From Ptychomitrium polyphyllum (lineage: Eukaryota), in assembly GCA_973851085.1 (NCBI GenBank), contig OZ316775.1, positions 21,204,001 through 21,268,000 of the forward strand: a stretch of 64,000 nucleotides of DNA, read 5' to 3'. The position numbers and the translations under genes are program-made. Of the stretch, positions 1-13,589 are shown one piece after another (position 1 is the first letter of the stretch; each line of letters starts with the position of its first letter). The notes beneath the pieces are model-generated. The model saw only the letters and a program-made list of their open reading frames with translations, was not told where the DNA came from and ran no database searches.

Positions 1-121
1 AGTCTCATGTTCAGTTCCGATCATTCCCAATCATTACTGGCTTCTTAGGAATGCGCTAGCTTTAACAAAAAGCCGTTGAATTCTAAAAGGAATGACATGG
101 TTGTACAAAGATAATTGTTAC

Positions 122-2139
122 CTTATCCAAATCCCGGATGTTGCGCATAGCTCCCTCTGGATCGACCAACGCTCGCACAACTGGGCTAGTTGCCAGTGCC
201 AGTGCGTTCGCTACCTTGTCAAAAGGCTGTGTGACATCAAAATTATACAACTATACACGTCGGCGTTTGCTAAAACCTCATGACAATACGCAGAGCTATA
301 AAATTGCAGTAGACTACTTCCATTCATCACATGAGATGAATGTTTTTGATCCAGAACAAGTTCGTGGGTAAGAAAAAAAGAATATTTGATGTTTACAGAA
401 CGATTGGTACTTACTTGAAGCTGGTTCGTGGTGACGAACGCCTTCATGCCATGCAGAGGTGCTCCGACTGGAAATCTGAAGTCCAGCTCTGAAGAAGTGC
501 ACCCAGTAGTAGAATGTGAGCAACCGTTTCTAAGTTCAACGTAATTCAACCCTTCAAGTGACTTCGTAGAATCCCAACGACCGATTTTGTGATAGATGGT
601 CAACTTAATGAGTAGAATTTGCACTTCGATTCACTACTCAAATGCTTCTAGCTGATTACACGTGAGCCTACCCGTGTATCACTTAGGACACTCTGCAACA
701 GGTCACAGCCAGAACGCATGACAATTTCGACCTAGTTACTATGTCTCATTTTATCGCTACAACACGCTTCAAGAGCTTCTTCCTCATTCCAGCGAAGCCA
801 GATTCATTCAAACATGGAGAGCATGAAGCCAAACATGACATAATTCACCGCGGCTATTTTTAACTAATATTCCTTGAGATGAAATATGCGAAAACAACTG
901 ACCTCCAAGGTTGCCACCTTCGTTTATGAAAGTGTGAGTATGATCCTTGAGTAACAAATTGTTATCTGCTCCGACCTACAAAGAATAATATCGTGATTAG
1001 TCGACAGGATTGCTTGTGTACCCCTACTTCTCTACTTAAAACAAATGATTTCACGTGTTGATCAAAAGCACCAGGAAATTGGAATTTTGGCGTAGAAAGG
1101 AAAGAAAGTAGAGTGTACGTCTAAATGATTCACACGTGATTAAACGCAACCAGGTCATAGAGTCTCTGCATTGGTTCATACCCTAAGCCATAAACCCCAG
1201 CGCGTAGAGATTATCAACGACGAAGGAAACCTGACTTAATGAACCAACATACCCAATCCTTTTCATTGAAAAGAATTCCAGGACGCAAGACCAGGATTTA
1301 CATAAATAAGGATACATACGAAGAAGCTACGTCCAATTTAAAGGCTTGAAACCCAAGTCCACGTCAAATGGACATCGATGAGAACAGTACCTTCTTCAAG
1401 AGACGAAAGAGATTATTGTAACACCCGAAAAACACATGCAAACCCATCTCGATATGGTTCCCTTTCTTGTCCGTGAACGACCCCACCTTCCCACCAATGA
1501 ATTTCCGCGACTCATAAATGTCTACCTGGCCACAAGCAACGCCAATGCTCAACGCCCCACCAAAGGATATACAACAAGCAACCCTCAACACAGCGCCCAC
1601 TCGAATTCATCAAAAAAAAACTTCATCACGCACAATTGGCAGAAAACAATCACAACCACAGAGAACACGAGGCAGCACCTCGTGGCCTTGCTCGAGAAGC
1701 TCCACTGCAGTCGACATGCCCGCAAGCCCAGCCCCAATGATGGCCACTTTGAGCTTGGGTCCCGTGTACGCCTCGGGCTCCGGAGGAAACAAACCCCTGG
1801 GCGCTGAAACCCAAACTCCACACCCGCGGTGAAATCAGTGTCCATCTCAAACAACAGGGAGCAACACTAGAACCCCCACACCAGGAACCAGAATCGCAAT
1901 GCTAGTCAGAGAAATCTCCTTGACGAGAGCTCTTGCGCACCTTTTCTGCTCATGTCCGACACCATACTCTGCAAGCTAGCTGCGACTTGCAGCGACCCCA
2001 CGGCTCGTTTGCTAGGCTCTCGACGCCCCACGAGTGCGAGCCATTGTGCGGACGATCCTCGCACATGAGACGACGAAGCGCCCAGCGACGCCAACGACGA
2101 CGCTCCTGCAGTACATCCCGCGTGCAGCAGCCCTGCCAT
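122..2139 (-). CDS. ZDS: zeta-carotene desaturase (5' part; gene runs off the left edge of the window)
   Basis: Spliced exons 2139-1941, 1803-1679, 1525-1391, 975-903, 488-415 and 226-122, all GT-AG and in frame. They give a transit peptide then [64 protein letters not shown]...[22 protein letters not shown]...[14 protein letters not shown]...[18 protein letters not shown], which is the characteristic ZDS N-terminus. Confidence 0.96.
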
Positions 2140-2466
2140 CGCTGAAGGTGCAAAAGCGCGCAATCTAGCACCCAAAACGAAGCACTCTGCCCACAACCGC
2201 GTGAACACAATCCTGTCGGGCGCACAAGGTCGAGGCGATTGCACAATGCGATGATCCGCTGCGGTGGTGCTGCGCGGCGCTCTCTCCTCTCCACAGCTCG
2301 CAGCGTCCACCCAGCGCCCCCCGCTTTGGATGACGCCCGACGGATGAACCCCCGCATCCATCAGTATTGGATGACCTTTCTCACTCACTTCCGCCCCTAG
2401 ATGGCGTCTTGCCGTCGTCGGGCATTCATCCGGGAGCCCTGGCGACTGTGGCTAGCGTCGCTGGCC

Positions 2467-2516
2467 TCCACGTCATACATGTTCCTACTGCGTCCACGTC
2501 ATGCCTGTTCTCACTG
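2467..2516 (-). promoter_or_regulatory. duplicated CCACGTCA (TGACGTGG, C/G-box-type bZIP site) upstream of ZDS
   Basis: CCACGTCA at 2468-2475 and 2494-2501, inside an imperfect 26-bp tandem duplication about 330-360 bp upstream of the ZDS ATG. Confidence 0.5.
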
Positions 2517-2552
2517 AAGCTGGCATTTTGCACCGAGGTTTGAACCTTTTGG

Positions 2553-2584
2553 AGCCCACAGCCCACAGCCCACAGCCCACAGAG
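2553..2584. repeat. (AGCCCAC)n 7-bp minisatellite
   Basis: agcccacagcccacagcccacagcccacag. Confidence 0.85.
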
Positions 2585-2978
2585 CACTTTCTGAAGAACT
2601 GCTCGATGTTCATTTATTTTTGTTCGAAGATTATGGATGCTGCCTAAAACTTACATTTTTGAAGATTTTGCAACTAAGGAGTGGTCATTTAGGGTTCAAA
2701 CGTCACCTCTGTAAGTGCGTTCAGCCGAGAATAGAAATATGAATAGCATGCTGGTTTTGAGGTTTCCGTATAGTCCTTGGAAGTCTGTTTGTCCGTCCAC
2801 ACTTGTAAATTTACTTTTTTTTTACAAAATTTAATAGAAATCCCATAGAATTTTGCATTACATGCCATCACATTAAAGGTGTGATAGTGGCCATACTTGT
2901 TTTATTGTTGAGAATAGTACCTTCATATATACACCAAAACAATCTGATGTTATAGGATAAACTTTTTTCTTGCCATTG

Positions 2979-3122
2979 GTATTTAATGTTGTTGTTTCTT
3001 AGATGTTTCAAGTGAGAGATTTGAAAACTAATGAAATATGGAAACTAATTTGTATTTAATGTTGTTGTTTCTTAGATGTTTCAAGTGAGAGATCTGAAAA
3101 CTAATGAAATATGGAAACTAAT
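2979..3122. repeat. 73-bp tandem duplication
   Basis: gtatttaatgttgttgtttcttagatgtttcaagtgagagat(t/c)tgaaaactaatgaaatatggaaactaat occurs twice, starting at 2979 and 3052. Confidence 0.9.
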
Positions 3123-5621
3123 ACTTTGATCCATATGAATACTTATGAAGAATAAAGTTTTGATTTGAGCTTGAATTATCCTACTGATTAAGAAATTAAA
3201 AAATTATAATTCTGCAACTTAGCAATGACATGGTGCTTTGAAAATTTTATAAAAGTGACAAAAAATAAATTAAATGCTAAAATATAATAAAAGAAAATAT
3301 ATGCTTTATTTTTTCATAAATGAGGTTATTAAAAACCTAAAACACAAATATAATATGCTTTTCTTTGCAAAATCCGAACTTGTCAAATTTTATACATTCA
3401 AATTCTTTCAAAATCTAATAATTGAGTAGTACTACATGATATAGAACCACTTGTTCTACACATGTAATCATACAAAATTTTGCAGAAGTAAGTAATCTAG
3501 ACAAAATAATTTGGAATTAAATTGTTCTTGAACCTTCATGGATTTGTATGCATTCAATTAAATCCATCAAACTTGTTTTTTAAAATCATTTATTTTTATT
3601 TTATAATAAATATAGAATTAAAAGTCTACAAAATATAAAAATAATTCTATTAAATTTCTAAATTATAATATTAAAGATGTTAGTTTTTTAACAACTTCAA
3701 TGTTACCTCCATGTAATTTTAATTGTAAGTTTATCAAAAATATCATGCATTATATTTTCAATCTTTAAAAGCCATTTGATATTGTTTAATTTACTTTGTA
3801 ACAAGTATAATCATAATTGCACCAATTAAGATAAGACCACTAATACACCTAATTTTATATGTGTTTATAATGGGAGCTTGAACCTTATAAATAAAGATCC
3901 AAAATCTTCTTTAAATATTTAGGCCCAAGCCAACTGACATTCATAGCATTTGCATTTATTCAATGCATGTGCAATTAAAGCATAAGCTTTAAAAGGTTTT
4001 TTTGCAGTGCATGCAATAAAAATATTGAATGTCTATTTTAATGTCAAGGTTTAAAAAAACATACATCATGTATAAAAGCTAGACAAGAAATTATACATCT
4101 CAAAAGAATTAGAAATATATAAAAATATCACTAAAGTTGAACAACATTGTATAAAGTTCAATATGGTAATTGAAAAGATATTTGAAATCATCCAAAATTA
4201 AATGCAAAACTTGAAATATAAATATAAGTGGATATACAACTTAAATTATTTAAAAAAAAACCTATTATACTACTTCTAACATTTCTAAATTCAAATGATT
4301 CGACAAACTAAAAAGTATATATGTATTTTTAATTTTTTTAAATTTTTGATTTTTTAAATTTTTGTGTGTGTACATACATATTTATGTATAAATATTATGA
4401 GTCAAAAGTTTTAAAAAACCCTTTCTAAATTATACATAGTTTATTTTTTAATATAAACACAATGGATGTGCTCCACAATTCACATTGTTCATCTTTTAAT
4501 TATTATCATTTTACATAGTATTTTTTAAGTATTATAAATAAACTCAATGGATGTATTCTTCAATCCACGTTGATAAGATTAAAGTATACCTTATTTTGCC
4601 TTTGATTTATATCATGAATCCTTTGCTTCTTAAAATACTTTTTAAAAGATTTTTATAAAAACTATAAAATATATTAATGTCTTTGGAACGTTTTAAAAAG
4701 CTTTTCAAAGAAGTAAAAGGTACTTGTAGCTATTGAAAGCTTTTAAAAGTTTCTTACATGTTATTAGATGCTACTACAAGGCTTTGAAAATTATTCAAAG
4801 ATTTTAAAAGTTATAATGCTTTGATGTATATAAATGACAAATTTTGCATGATTTTAAATTAAAAAATTCATTCCAAAATTTTGCTAGGAATGAGATTTGG
4901 AGCAAAAACAAAGCTTCCTATACATTCAATTTTATAGAATTCATAAATTTTGATTCATATCGGAATAAAAATTTGCTAAATATAAAATTGAAGATTAAGA
5001 CCATGTTAATTACTTGTTTATTAGATAGATTTTGCAACAGAAAAAATTCAAAATATTATCAAATATACATTTTCGTTTTTGCAAATTACATCCTTTATAT
5101 ATATATATATAAATAGATTTAAATCATATACCTCCAAAACTTATTTTTAGAAATATGTGAATGAAATTTGAACATAAAATATGTCTGAAATCTACAGAAG
5201 GTATACAAATGACATAGGTAGCACTTGAAATTAAAAATGTATTTATTAACTTATTTGCCAATTTTTGTGAGTTATTTATTATGATAGAAAAAAAGACAAA
5301 GTTTTCAAAAATTAATAATTTTTTGTCAAAATTCTATTAATTCAAACCTATAAAAAGATGATGTAATTTAAATAGTATCATTTAAAGTGCTTAATTATAT
5401 GCATTGAAGTGAAGAAGTGCCTTTCATTTATGACACTAATTTAATTTTGTTCTTATATTAAAGTACCAATATAAAGGTCTACCTATAGATATATTAATTG
5501 GTTATCAATAAATTTGAAAGAAGTTTTCTATATTCCATATTCTCTTTTGCTACTTTGTTTAATAAAATTGATTTTAGAAAGTGCAATACAAAAATAATAA
5601 GTTAGAAATAGTAAACATACA

Positions 5622-6070
5622 TTGTTATAGACTAGATCATGCAACATAGTTTTTAAAACCTTCTAGAATCTTATGGTATATTGAAGTAGCTTCTTAGAAT
5701 ATGTTCAATGCTTCTATAACTATTCCACCTCTTTGGAAAGCTTCTTAGGAAGGTTCTACTTCCTGGAAAACTTCCTAAGGAGGTTCCACTATCTTGGAAA
5801 ACTTCTTAAAAAAGTTCCATTGACTTCTAAAATATTCTTAAGTTTTGTAAGAAGCTTTTTTAGAAGTATCCTAGGAGATACAAATATCATAGTATAAATA
5901 GGAGACAAGATAAGGTATACCTTAGTCTTGCCAACACAAGTTGTGAATTATATTTATCTTTGCCTTGCTTTAGTTTTTGTATTAGCTCTTATAAATTATT
6001 AGCTCTTTGGAAGCTAATTCTTTGACAATACTTTATCACTCTTCTTGTTTCTTGTGTCTCTAATATCCAT
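5622..6070 (+). mobile_element. possible decayed solo LTR
   Basis: Starts TGTTA, contains a run of degenerate ttctagaa / gaaagcttc / gaaggttcc units (5660-5870), then TATAAATAG at about 5893 and a pyrimidine-rich tail. No clear target-site duplication seen. Confidence 0.4.
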
Positions 6071-6984
6071 GTGAGGAAAAAATGCACTCTTATTTAATTT
6101 TATTCAAAAGCTAAAAAATTTACTCTTCTATTAATTAATTCTAACCTTATTTATTAAAAATGTCAAATATTGATATGAATTTACTGAATGTTTCATTTAT
6201 ATTGAAAATTAGTCTTGTCATAAGCATGTGCATATGTTAAGATACATTAAATCTTTAATAAAGTAGATACATTGATATCTATAGAATAAATTTTTTGTAG
6301 TTTTTTTGTCAAATATATTAGACAAAAGTAAAGCAGTATTTCAATGTGTTATTTAAATAACACAATTTGTTTAACTTTCAACGGCACTTAGATTGTGAAC
6401 CTTCATTGATGATTTGTTTTGTAATTGTATAAGCCTTCTTAATACTTTTAATTGCAACAATTTATAATTTTAACATTAAATTTATGGCATTCTATACTTG
6501 GTTGTTCCAACATTGTGCTATGCTTTCATAGTAGGATGCTGATATTGGTAGTTTTAAGATACATTTTGAATTTGCATACAATTCCAAAATATGTATATTT
6601 TTTTGATTATTTCTTTGTTGAATTGTGGACACTTTTGTTTATTCATTGTATCTTGAGTTCATTTTATATAAAGAGCTATATTCTTCCTATGCTATTGAAT
6701 TGAGATACCTTATATATAAAAAATGAGAAGTTTGATGGTTGGTTACCAATTAATATCATTGCCATATATATCCAACATATATCCAACATCTTTGTAAATT
6801 TATTTTCTTTTAATATGGTCAATTGTGAATCCTTTTCAATGTTTTGATTTTACCATCTAAAAATGCTATTATTTTTTCTAACATTGTCTCTTTTTATTTT
6901 GTACGTTAATAAAGGATGCAATGATTTGCATCAATTTATGCAATTCTTTTGAATTCAAATATTCATTACCAAAAGGTCAAGCAC

Positions 6985-7081
6985 TGTGTATGGTAAAACA
7001 ATCCATTGTGTATGGTAAAACAATCCATTGTGTATGGTAAAACAATCCATTGTGTATGGTAAAACAATCCATTGTGTATGG
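6985..7081. repeat. 22-bp perfect tandem repeat, about 4.4 copies
   Basis: Unit tgtgtatggtaaaacaatccat, head to tail with no spacers. Confidence 0.95.
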
Positions 7082-9504
7082 ACTATTTGTGGATATACTC
7101 CACACAAAAATTATGATTTTGTTGTAATAACCATGGGTTTTTCATGGCTGCTTAGAAGTGATATGGAAAAGGATACAAATACTGCCAATTAAAAAACTAA
7201 ACAACATGCACAAACAAGGCATGTAGTGCAATATCCAAAACGCTACCAGTTGCATGGAAACACCCCACCTTTGGTTGCCTTACAATCACGGTTATGGGTG
7301 TTGCTGTCTTAAGGATGAACCAGCCCAACTCCTAACGAATGTTATGTCCGGTCAGGGCGTCCGGGTATATCAAAGCCTGAAGCCGGTAGTACTATAATCC
7401 AGCTTCACTAACTGCCGGGATAAGACGCAGGAGGACTCAAAGCAATGGTCAAGCTCCCAAATTGGATCAACACTCAGAAACTTGGATACAATAGGCGTCC
7501 CAAATCAGGAGAGGGATGTGCGTGAAATACCAGTAGTGCCGCTCACAACGCTCCAGGACGAGTACGAAGCAGGATATACACCGGATATACATGCTCTATG
7601 CTTCTCATCGGAAGCCTACTTCCACGATCCATGCCAAAAACACATTTCATTGAAATTCAACGACCTTGACAATCTGACCAAGAGCTGGAAATCAGCAGTG
7701 ATCATCACTTACAAGAAGTACTCCCCTCCCGACTCCTATGGTTCCAGATATAAGCCTCCGATAGAACCTGTCGGTGAAGCCAAAATCTCCGCAAATTTCG
7801 CCGAGTCACTCGAGCTTATGGACTCCACTGGACGGTCACCGACATATGCAATCTAGATCTAAGACAGAACTACATACAACATCATCCACGAATGTGTTCC
7901 TAATAAAATTATTTCACTTTCTGCCCAGCAATCTTTTTTTGGAGAAGTCTACAAATGTGAAACTCACAGTGCAAACACCCCCAATTTTCAAATACGATGA
8001 GCGGGAGCAGGCTCGGAAATGTGTTCTATTACCGTGTCGGAAGAGTATCCCAATACCGTTGATCTTTGTCCATGCCTCTTGTGATGGGATTGTTTGATTG
8101 AATACCAGGCTGCCAATACGTTTACCACGTAACTCTGTTTAAAATCGGCAATCTATGCTGCAAGATAAGTTTTGGATGATAATTGGTACTCTTTGTGCAG
8201 TGAATCTTATTGAACAGTCTCGACTGAACCACCTGTTTTGTAACTCAAGTTTATGCTTTTTCAACTCAAGCATTGTACTTACACATTTTTGCTGGAGAAG
8301 AGAGAAAAAGTATTACCGATGATGATTATATTGAACGTTAAGCAGTTGTAGCCTGCTTCATTGAAGGCCAATCTCAACCAGCCTGGTCCTGCTTACAGCT
8401 TGACGAAGAGCACTGCACATAAGGTAGCCACTCTGGAACTCTGGCTAACTTTGGTGTATCATCCAAGAACAGAGCATGATCAAGCTCCACAATTTTATTC
8501 TATTGTTTTGTACAGTATATCACATAAATTCGACATGAAAGAAGAAATGGAAAAGAAACTATTGGTAGAAAACCAAAAGGACTCTGAGTCTCTTGTAGCA
8601 AGATCCAAAAAATTGCCGAGATGCTGGCCATGTTCTTCAAGAAGCAGATTGAGTGATACCACTGCATTTGAGACTAAATGGTTCAGAATGGACACACTAG
8701 ATAAAGTTAGATAAGTACAATACGCAATTTCAATGATAAATTCCCTTGATCATTCAACAACTGCATTTATCAAGTTTTAAGTTGTTCTTCTGGTTTTTGA
8801 TACCTTTGTCTTTCAGAATCTATAGACATGTGTATACTCATTGCACAAAGGATAGCCAATACTGCCTTCAAGCCCTAGTGGGCAGAGGAATGATTCACGT
8901 ACTCTATTGCAAAACAAAATCCTTATCTTCAGGTGTCACTACATTGGAGTTTGCCACATATGTAAGCCATGATAGTAAAGTGTATGCCTGTTTCTTTGAA
9001 AGAGGATCCAATAAATTTTCCTTTGAGACGGATCAATAACCAGATTGGTAAGTAGTGTGAACTACAGCTAGCATCTGATCATGGACTGCGTTTGCTTTGA
9101 CAATCATCTGGCATTTGGGCTGGGATGCCAGGGTTCTCAACATATTATTTGTGGGACCCCTTGCTGAAAACAAGGGAAGATTACAATGGTCATATCAGTG
9201 TGCAGTTTACTTGGGGAGGATGGACAGCAATCATACATGTTGAATTTTGTAATTTTAATTGTTCGATCAAAGCTAGTATGCTTTGGGTAGTGTGCTTTAC
9301 GGCAGATGGCACCTTTGCCTTCTGAAGCAAGAAGAATGGAGTTACCTGGCAAATTAAGGGGGACTAGTTTCTCTTTCTAATTGGTGTCCATTGCTTTATT
9401 AACATAAATTAAATCTTACTTTTAACTTACCTTGCCATATTCAACATAAGTGAGGAGGTGATGCAAAAAGCCCATGCATACTTTGTTCATAGCTCAAAAC
9501 TATG

Positions 9505-9676
9505 CTGTTGTGGAACTCAGTATTGGCTATGTTGTTGGAACTCAATATTGTGGAACTCAATATTGTGGAATTCAATATTGTGGAACTCAATACTGAGTTC
9601 CAATATTGTTGTGGAACACAGTATTGGAACACAGTATAGTTGTGGAACTTGATATTGTGGAACTCAGTTGTGGAAT
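9505..9676. repeat. degenerate 15-bp minisatellite (tgtggaactcaatat)
   Basis: About 9-10 copies of tgtggaa(c/t)tca(a/g)tat. Confidence 0.9.
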
Positions 9677-9939
9677 ATGTTAAGTTCAACAATCTTGCAT
9701 TTCTTATGGGAACAAAAGGTTTGGAATTAAAAAAATCCAAATGCATATTCGATGAGCCTCAACAATCCTCTCATGCATATATTGGCAAAGTGCCAAAGCT
9801 CAAGGGCTTCATTATACAAGGATGAAATGATAAGGGAAGATGGTAATGATGAGGCTATCAATAGTTTCTTGATTTATGTTCCTAATTAATTTTTCTTTTA
9901 AAAACTCATATTCAACGTAAAGTCTTTGACTAACTTACC

Positions 9940-11100
9940 AAGTGGTTTTCAATGCATGCTTTGCAAGTCTTGTTCCTTGACTTGTATGTTCTTTTTTTGA
10001 CAAGTAACATAATGCCTCTGTTGAAGGTCAGTACTTTAAAGAAGATGGTATAATCTCAAAATATCTTTGTTTGTGACTTTGCAAGGACATTGGCGGACCT
10101 TCAAAAGGATCTCTGCCAATTATATGACAAAATTGGAATTGCTTTCAAAGAATAGACTTTCTACATCTTCAACCAACTAAAGAAGGACAATCATGAGAGC
10201 ACTCATTTGACTTGGCATGTTGATTTCAATGTACTTATGTCGTACCTGGCTTTTGTAACTACTAAAAATTATTTCTTGGTTCAATATACTAGGAAAAGTG
10301 TACGGACTTTACAAAATTGTTCAATAATGCAAAGGCAGAGTTGCTCAATAATGTAGACTTGTTCAATAATGCAAAGGCAGACTTGCACAATGATTCTACA
10401 ACCATCTTTTGATTTTGAAGAATTTTTTGGTTTTTATTTATTTTTCTAGTGTGTATTATACAACATGAAATCTAACTTTGAAATTTGCCTTTTTTAGTCT
10501 TCTTGTAAATGCGTTCATAAAGCTTGTTTTGAAAGTAAAGAGCCATTTGTTAGTTAATTCTAATATGAATGGCTTTAGCATAATTTATCCCTAATATTCA
10601 ATTGTTAAGTAAGTCCAGTTCCATTTAATGAACCTTGATGTGAGCTTTTACAAGCACCTTGATGTTATTAAGGTTCGCTTTGGAGAAGCTAAATGGATGG
10701 ATGAAAGAGCAGACAAGAAACTTATTCCTTTAATTTTGGACAAAAGTGCTTTATAGGCCAAATAGATGCTTTTCGAATTGGCAATGAAGTTGAATATTAA
10801 TAATACATTGCACCTTGCTCTTCTAGGAAGTGTCGTATATTATTAGATCTAAATCCATTGACAAAATTGTGACACAGACTAAATAAAAACTTGGCTTTAG
10901 CAAGGCAACTTGGAAAGTATACAAGCTTATTTAAATTGCTATGATACAAATACTTGGATTTGTGGAAGCATTTTCCTCTTTAGCATTCATCAAAGATAAA
11001 TTGCAAAACAAGCTTCAAAACCACTTGTCTTTGGTTGCTAGTATGCATGGCTAGAGGACCTATTGCCATATAGTTTTTTCTTATAATGATTACTTTAAGT
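9940..11100 (+). mobile_element. decayed hAT-superfamily transposase remnant
   Basis: Broken frames give SQNIFVCDFARTLADLQKDLCQLY (about 10035-10110) and IAMIQILGFVE..AFSSLAFIKDKLQNKLQNHLSLVASMHG*RTY (about 10935-11070). The latter resembles the hAT C-terminal dimerisation motif (S..ER.FS.L..IK.KLRN.L). Many stops and frameshifts. Confidence 0.75.
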
Positions 11101-12199
11101 AATAAATACATTAATTTGAATGCTATTGTTGTAGTATTGCAATTTGGACATGGTAGTCTTTATTCTACCAATTTACAACTTTCTAAGAGTCTATGTGATG
11201 TTTCCTAATTAATTTTTTTTTTGTTTGATGACATTTGAATGTAAAAGAGTAGTCTTCAATCAAGCTTTGCAAGAGATATGCACGTTTTGTTGTCATTATT
11301 ACTACATAATTGATGTTATATTTGGATTGCATTGTTTAAGATTTTGAATTGATTTTACACTTTTAGACTATATATGAACTTAGATTGGAATAAATTGAGT
11401 CGGAATATTAAACTTGGAACTAATTTCTTCATAATTTATATCCTATTTTGAATGATATGGATTTCTAAATTGGACATATAAATTTCTAAAATGGGCGTCT
11501 TGCATTCATTTTTGTTTTTGTTCTTCTTCTATTTTATAATTCTTTGGAATGACTAAATCTAAATCAAGCATCAAAGTGTTTGGTTTTTATTTGTAAGTAC
11601 AGTACTACTCCTTGTAGTAAAGGCTTTTACATTTCAAGTGTTTGAAAAATTGCAATATTCTGTAGGAAACATGTATTCTACTTTTATTGTATGAATTCTA
11701 TTTTGGAGCCATAGTGCTATAGCTAGCAATCAATTGTTTATTAATTAAGTTTAAAAGATTGAGTTACATAGTAGACCGCCTTAAAAATCTATTCTAGTGA
11801 ACCCACATTAATGCTCAATTCAACACAAATGTTCATGTGCGAAGATTGTATTCAGGAACGTTTTAAATGCCACTGTCAAAGCTAAGGGTGCTATTGCTAA
11901 TCTTGATTGCGCACAAGAAAGATGGAAGGACGAATCATCATTGTGATATATTGAAGGAAAGAAGAGTTGCAGATTACTATGGAGAGTTGGTGAAGCAAAG
12001 TCCTTACTGAGGTGAGTGGATTGGGATGCTGCTGCAAAGTATCAAGGTATTTAAGGCACGACACTAGGAAACTTGGAAAAGACAAGAATGAAATCATCAT
12101 CATCCACCTGCATAACACAATAATCTTCTGGAGTGTTCTTTTTAGAACATGATGAGTTATCTTCAAGCACAGTGTGTTTTCATTGATAAATTTATTGAG

Positions 12200-13330
12200 T
12201 ATAGATTAGGCTCAAGATTCCAGAGCTTGAAAATTGCAGTGCCATCACTGCAATATGATAAGCCGTTTCATTATTTTCGTTGAGTTCCAATCCAACTCTG
12301 TAAGGGTGCACGTCCAAAATATACAGCTGATGTATACTGGGTCATTGGAAGAAGATGAGAGGATGAATTGTCAAGCTTTACTTCCTTTAAAGAAGACTTT
12401 CCTCAACCTTGCCGTGTTGTTCAAGAAACCTTCTGAAGCTTGAGGTGGACTATCCACTTGAACACACATTGTGTGACTAGCTATTCAACTTGAAACTACT
12501 GTAACGGCTAGGTTCCAAGCCCAGGAAAGTTTAAAGCCTGGAGTCTCTTGGTTTTGACATGTAATTGGCAGTGAAAGGAGGAGAGTACGACCTGACAAGA
12601 GGCATCATTATCAAGGAGTAGGGTGGGTTGCCCGAACTGAACGAGATTGATCATTGGAGTGAAGGAAAAACCTTGAAGGAGGATCACCGGACATGACACG
12701 CCAGGTGTCCACTTAAAATTAAAGGATGGGGACATGCCTTCTTTGCATAGTCTACGTCTCTACTGTAGCTTCATGATTTATGCACTGTTATCACCGACTA
12801 CTCACTGGGAGCATAGCTAGTCTTCTGATCCTTGTGATTAGGATTCTTTGTGTAACTTGGAGATGCTGGCAGCAGTGTTAATCGAAACTGATGAGTCAGA
12901 CGCAGAGCCGGGTCGGACTTCCAGATCCAGCAAGCAAATTGTAAACCTTTGCACTGTTACCTAAATATCACAGAGCAGCCCGATGATAAGCATCAGCGAG
13001 TTTGTGATAACAAGGAGACAGGTGCACGAAGCAAGTGCTGGAGCAAGTGGACCCCTGAGTTTCCACAACCTTGCTGCCACGACTCCGTTCAATTTATCTG
13101 TCTCCTGATTTGCTTTCAGTGCAGCAGGATCTAATACAAAATTGAAGTCTGCACCTGTTTGCACTGAGCTGACTCACCTCATTTTCAAGGTCATGCTGGT
13201 ACATGCAAACGGATTCTTAACAAATTGCAATACCATATCAAATTCACTCCGAACTCCTATGTACTTACGTTTGGACACGATTGAGGGTTGTACAGTGCAG
13301 ACAGACCAATATGTAAGGAGTGACCGTCCG
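12200..13330 (+). pseudogene. decayed LRR gene fragment (NLR-like leucine-rich repeats)
   Basis: Interrupted LRR-like strings: LKIPELENCSAITAI**AVSLFSLSSNPTL*GCTS, KFKSLESLGFD and LKLKDGDMPSLHSLRLYC. No intact ORF. Confidence 0.45.
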
Positions 13331-13589
13331 TCTGCCACTGCAGATCAGTGACATATAACCTAAAATATGGGGATACGATATGGTGGCTTATTCGGTTATA
13401 AGTTTCTAGATTTTCTGCTTTATACGAATCCTACAGTTACTAGCCAAGTACTACATTTACATTCTCTTTCAGAGGTGCACATTTAATAACTTATTTTACA
13501 TATTACCCCTGTGGCTGTCAACGGACATTCATTGATTGTCGTTGCAAAATTTTGCAGTGCATCTTAACCTCTTTGCAAAAGGCTAGGGG

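Noticed and set aside
1906..2388. 160-aa ORF extending the ZDS N-terminus upstream
   Set aside because: ATG 2139 already gives a normal transit peptide. The extension is most simply GC-rich leader or promoter sequence.
6985..7081. 22-bp repeats as a CRISPR array
   Set aside because: Units are contiguous with no unique spacers, there are no cas genes, and the context is eukaryotic.
9458..9746. ORFs with WNSIL / STILS peptide repeats
   Set aside because: These are translations of the 15-bp minisatellite, with no evidence of a gene.
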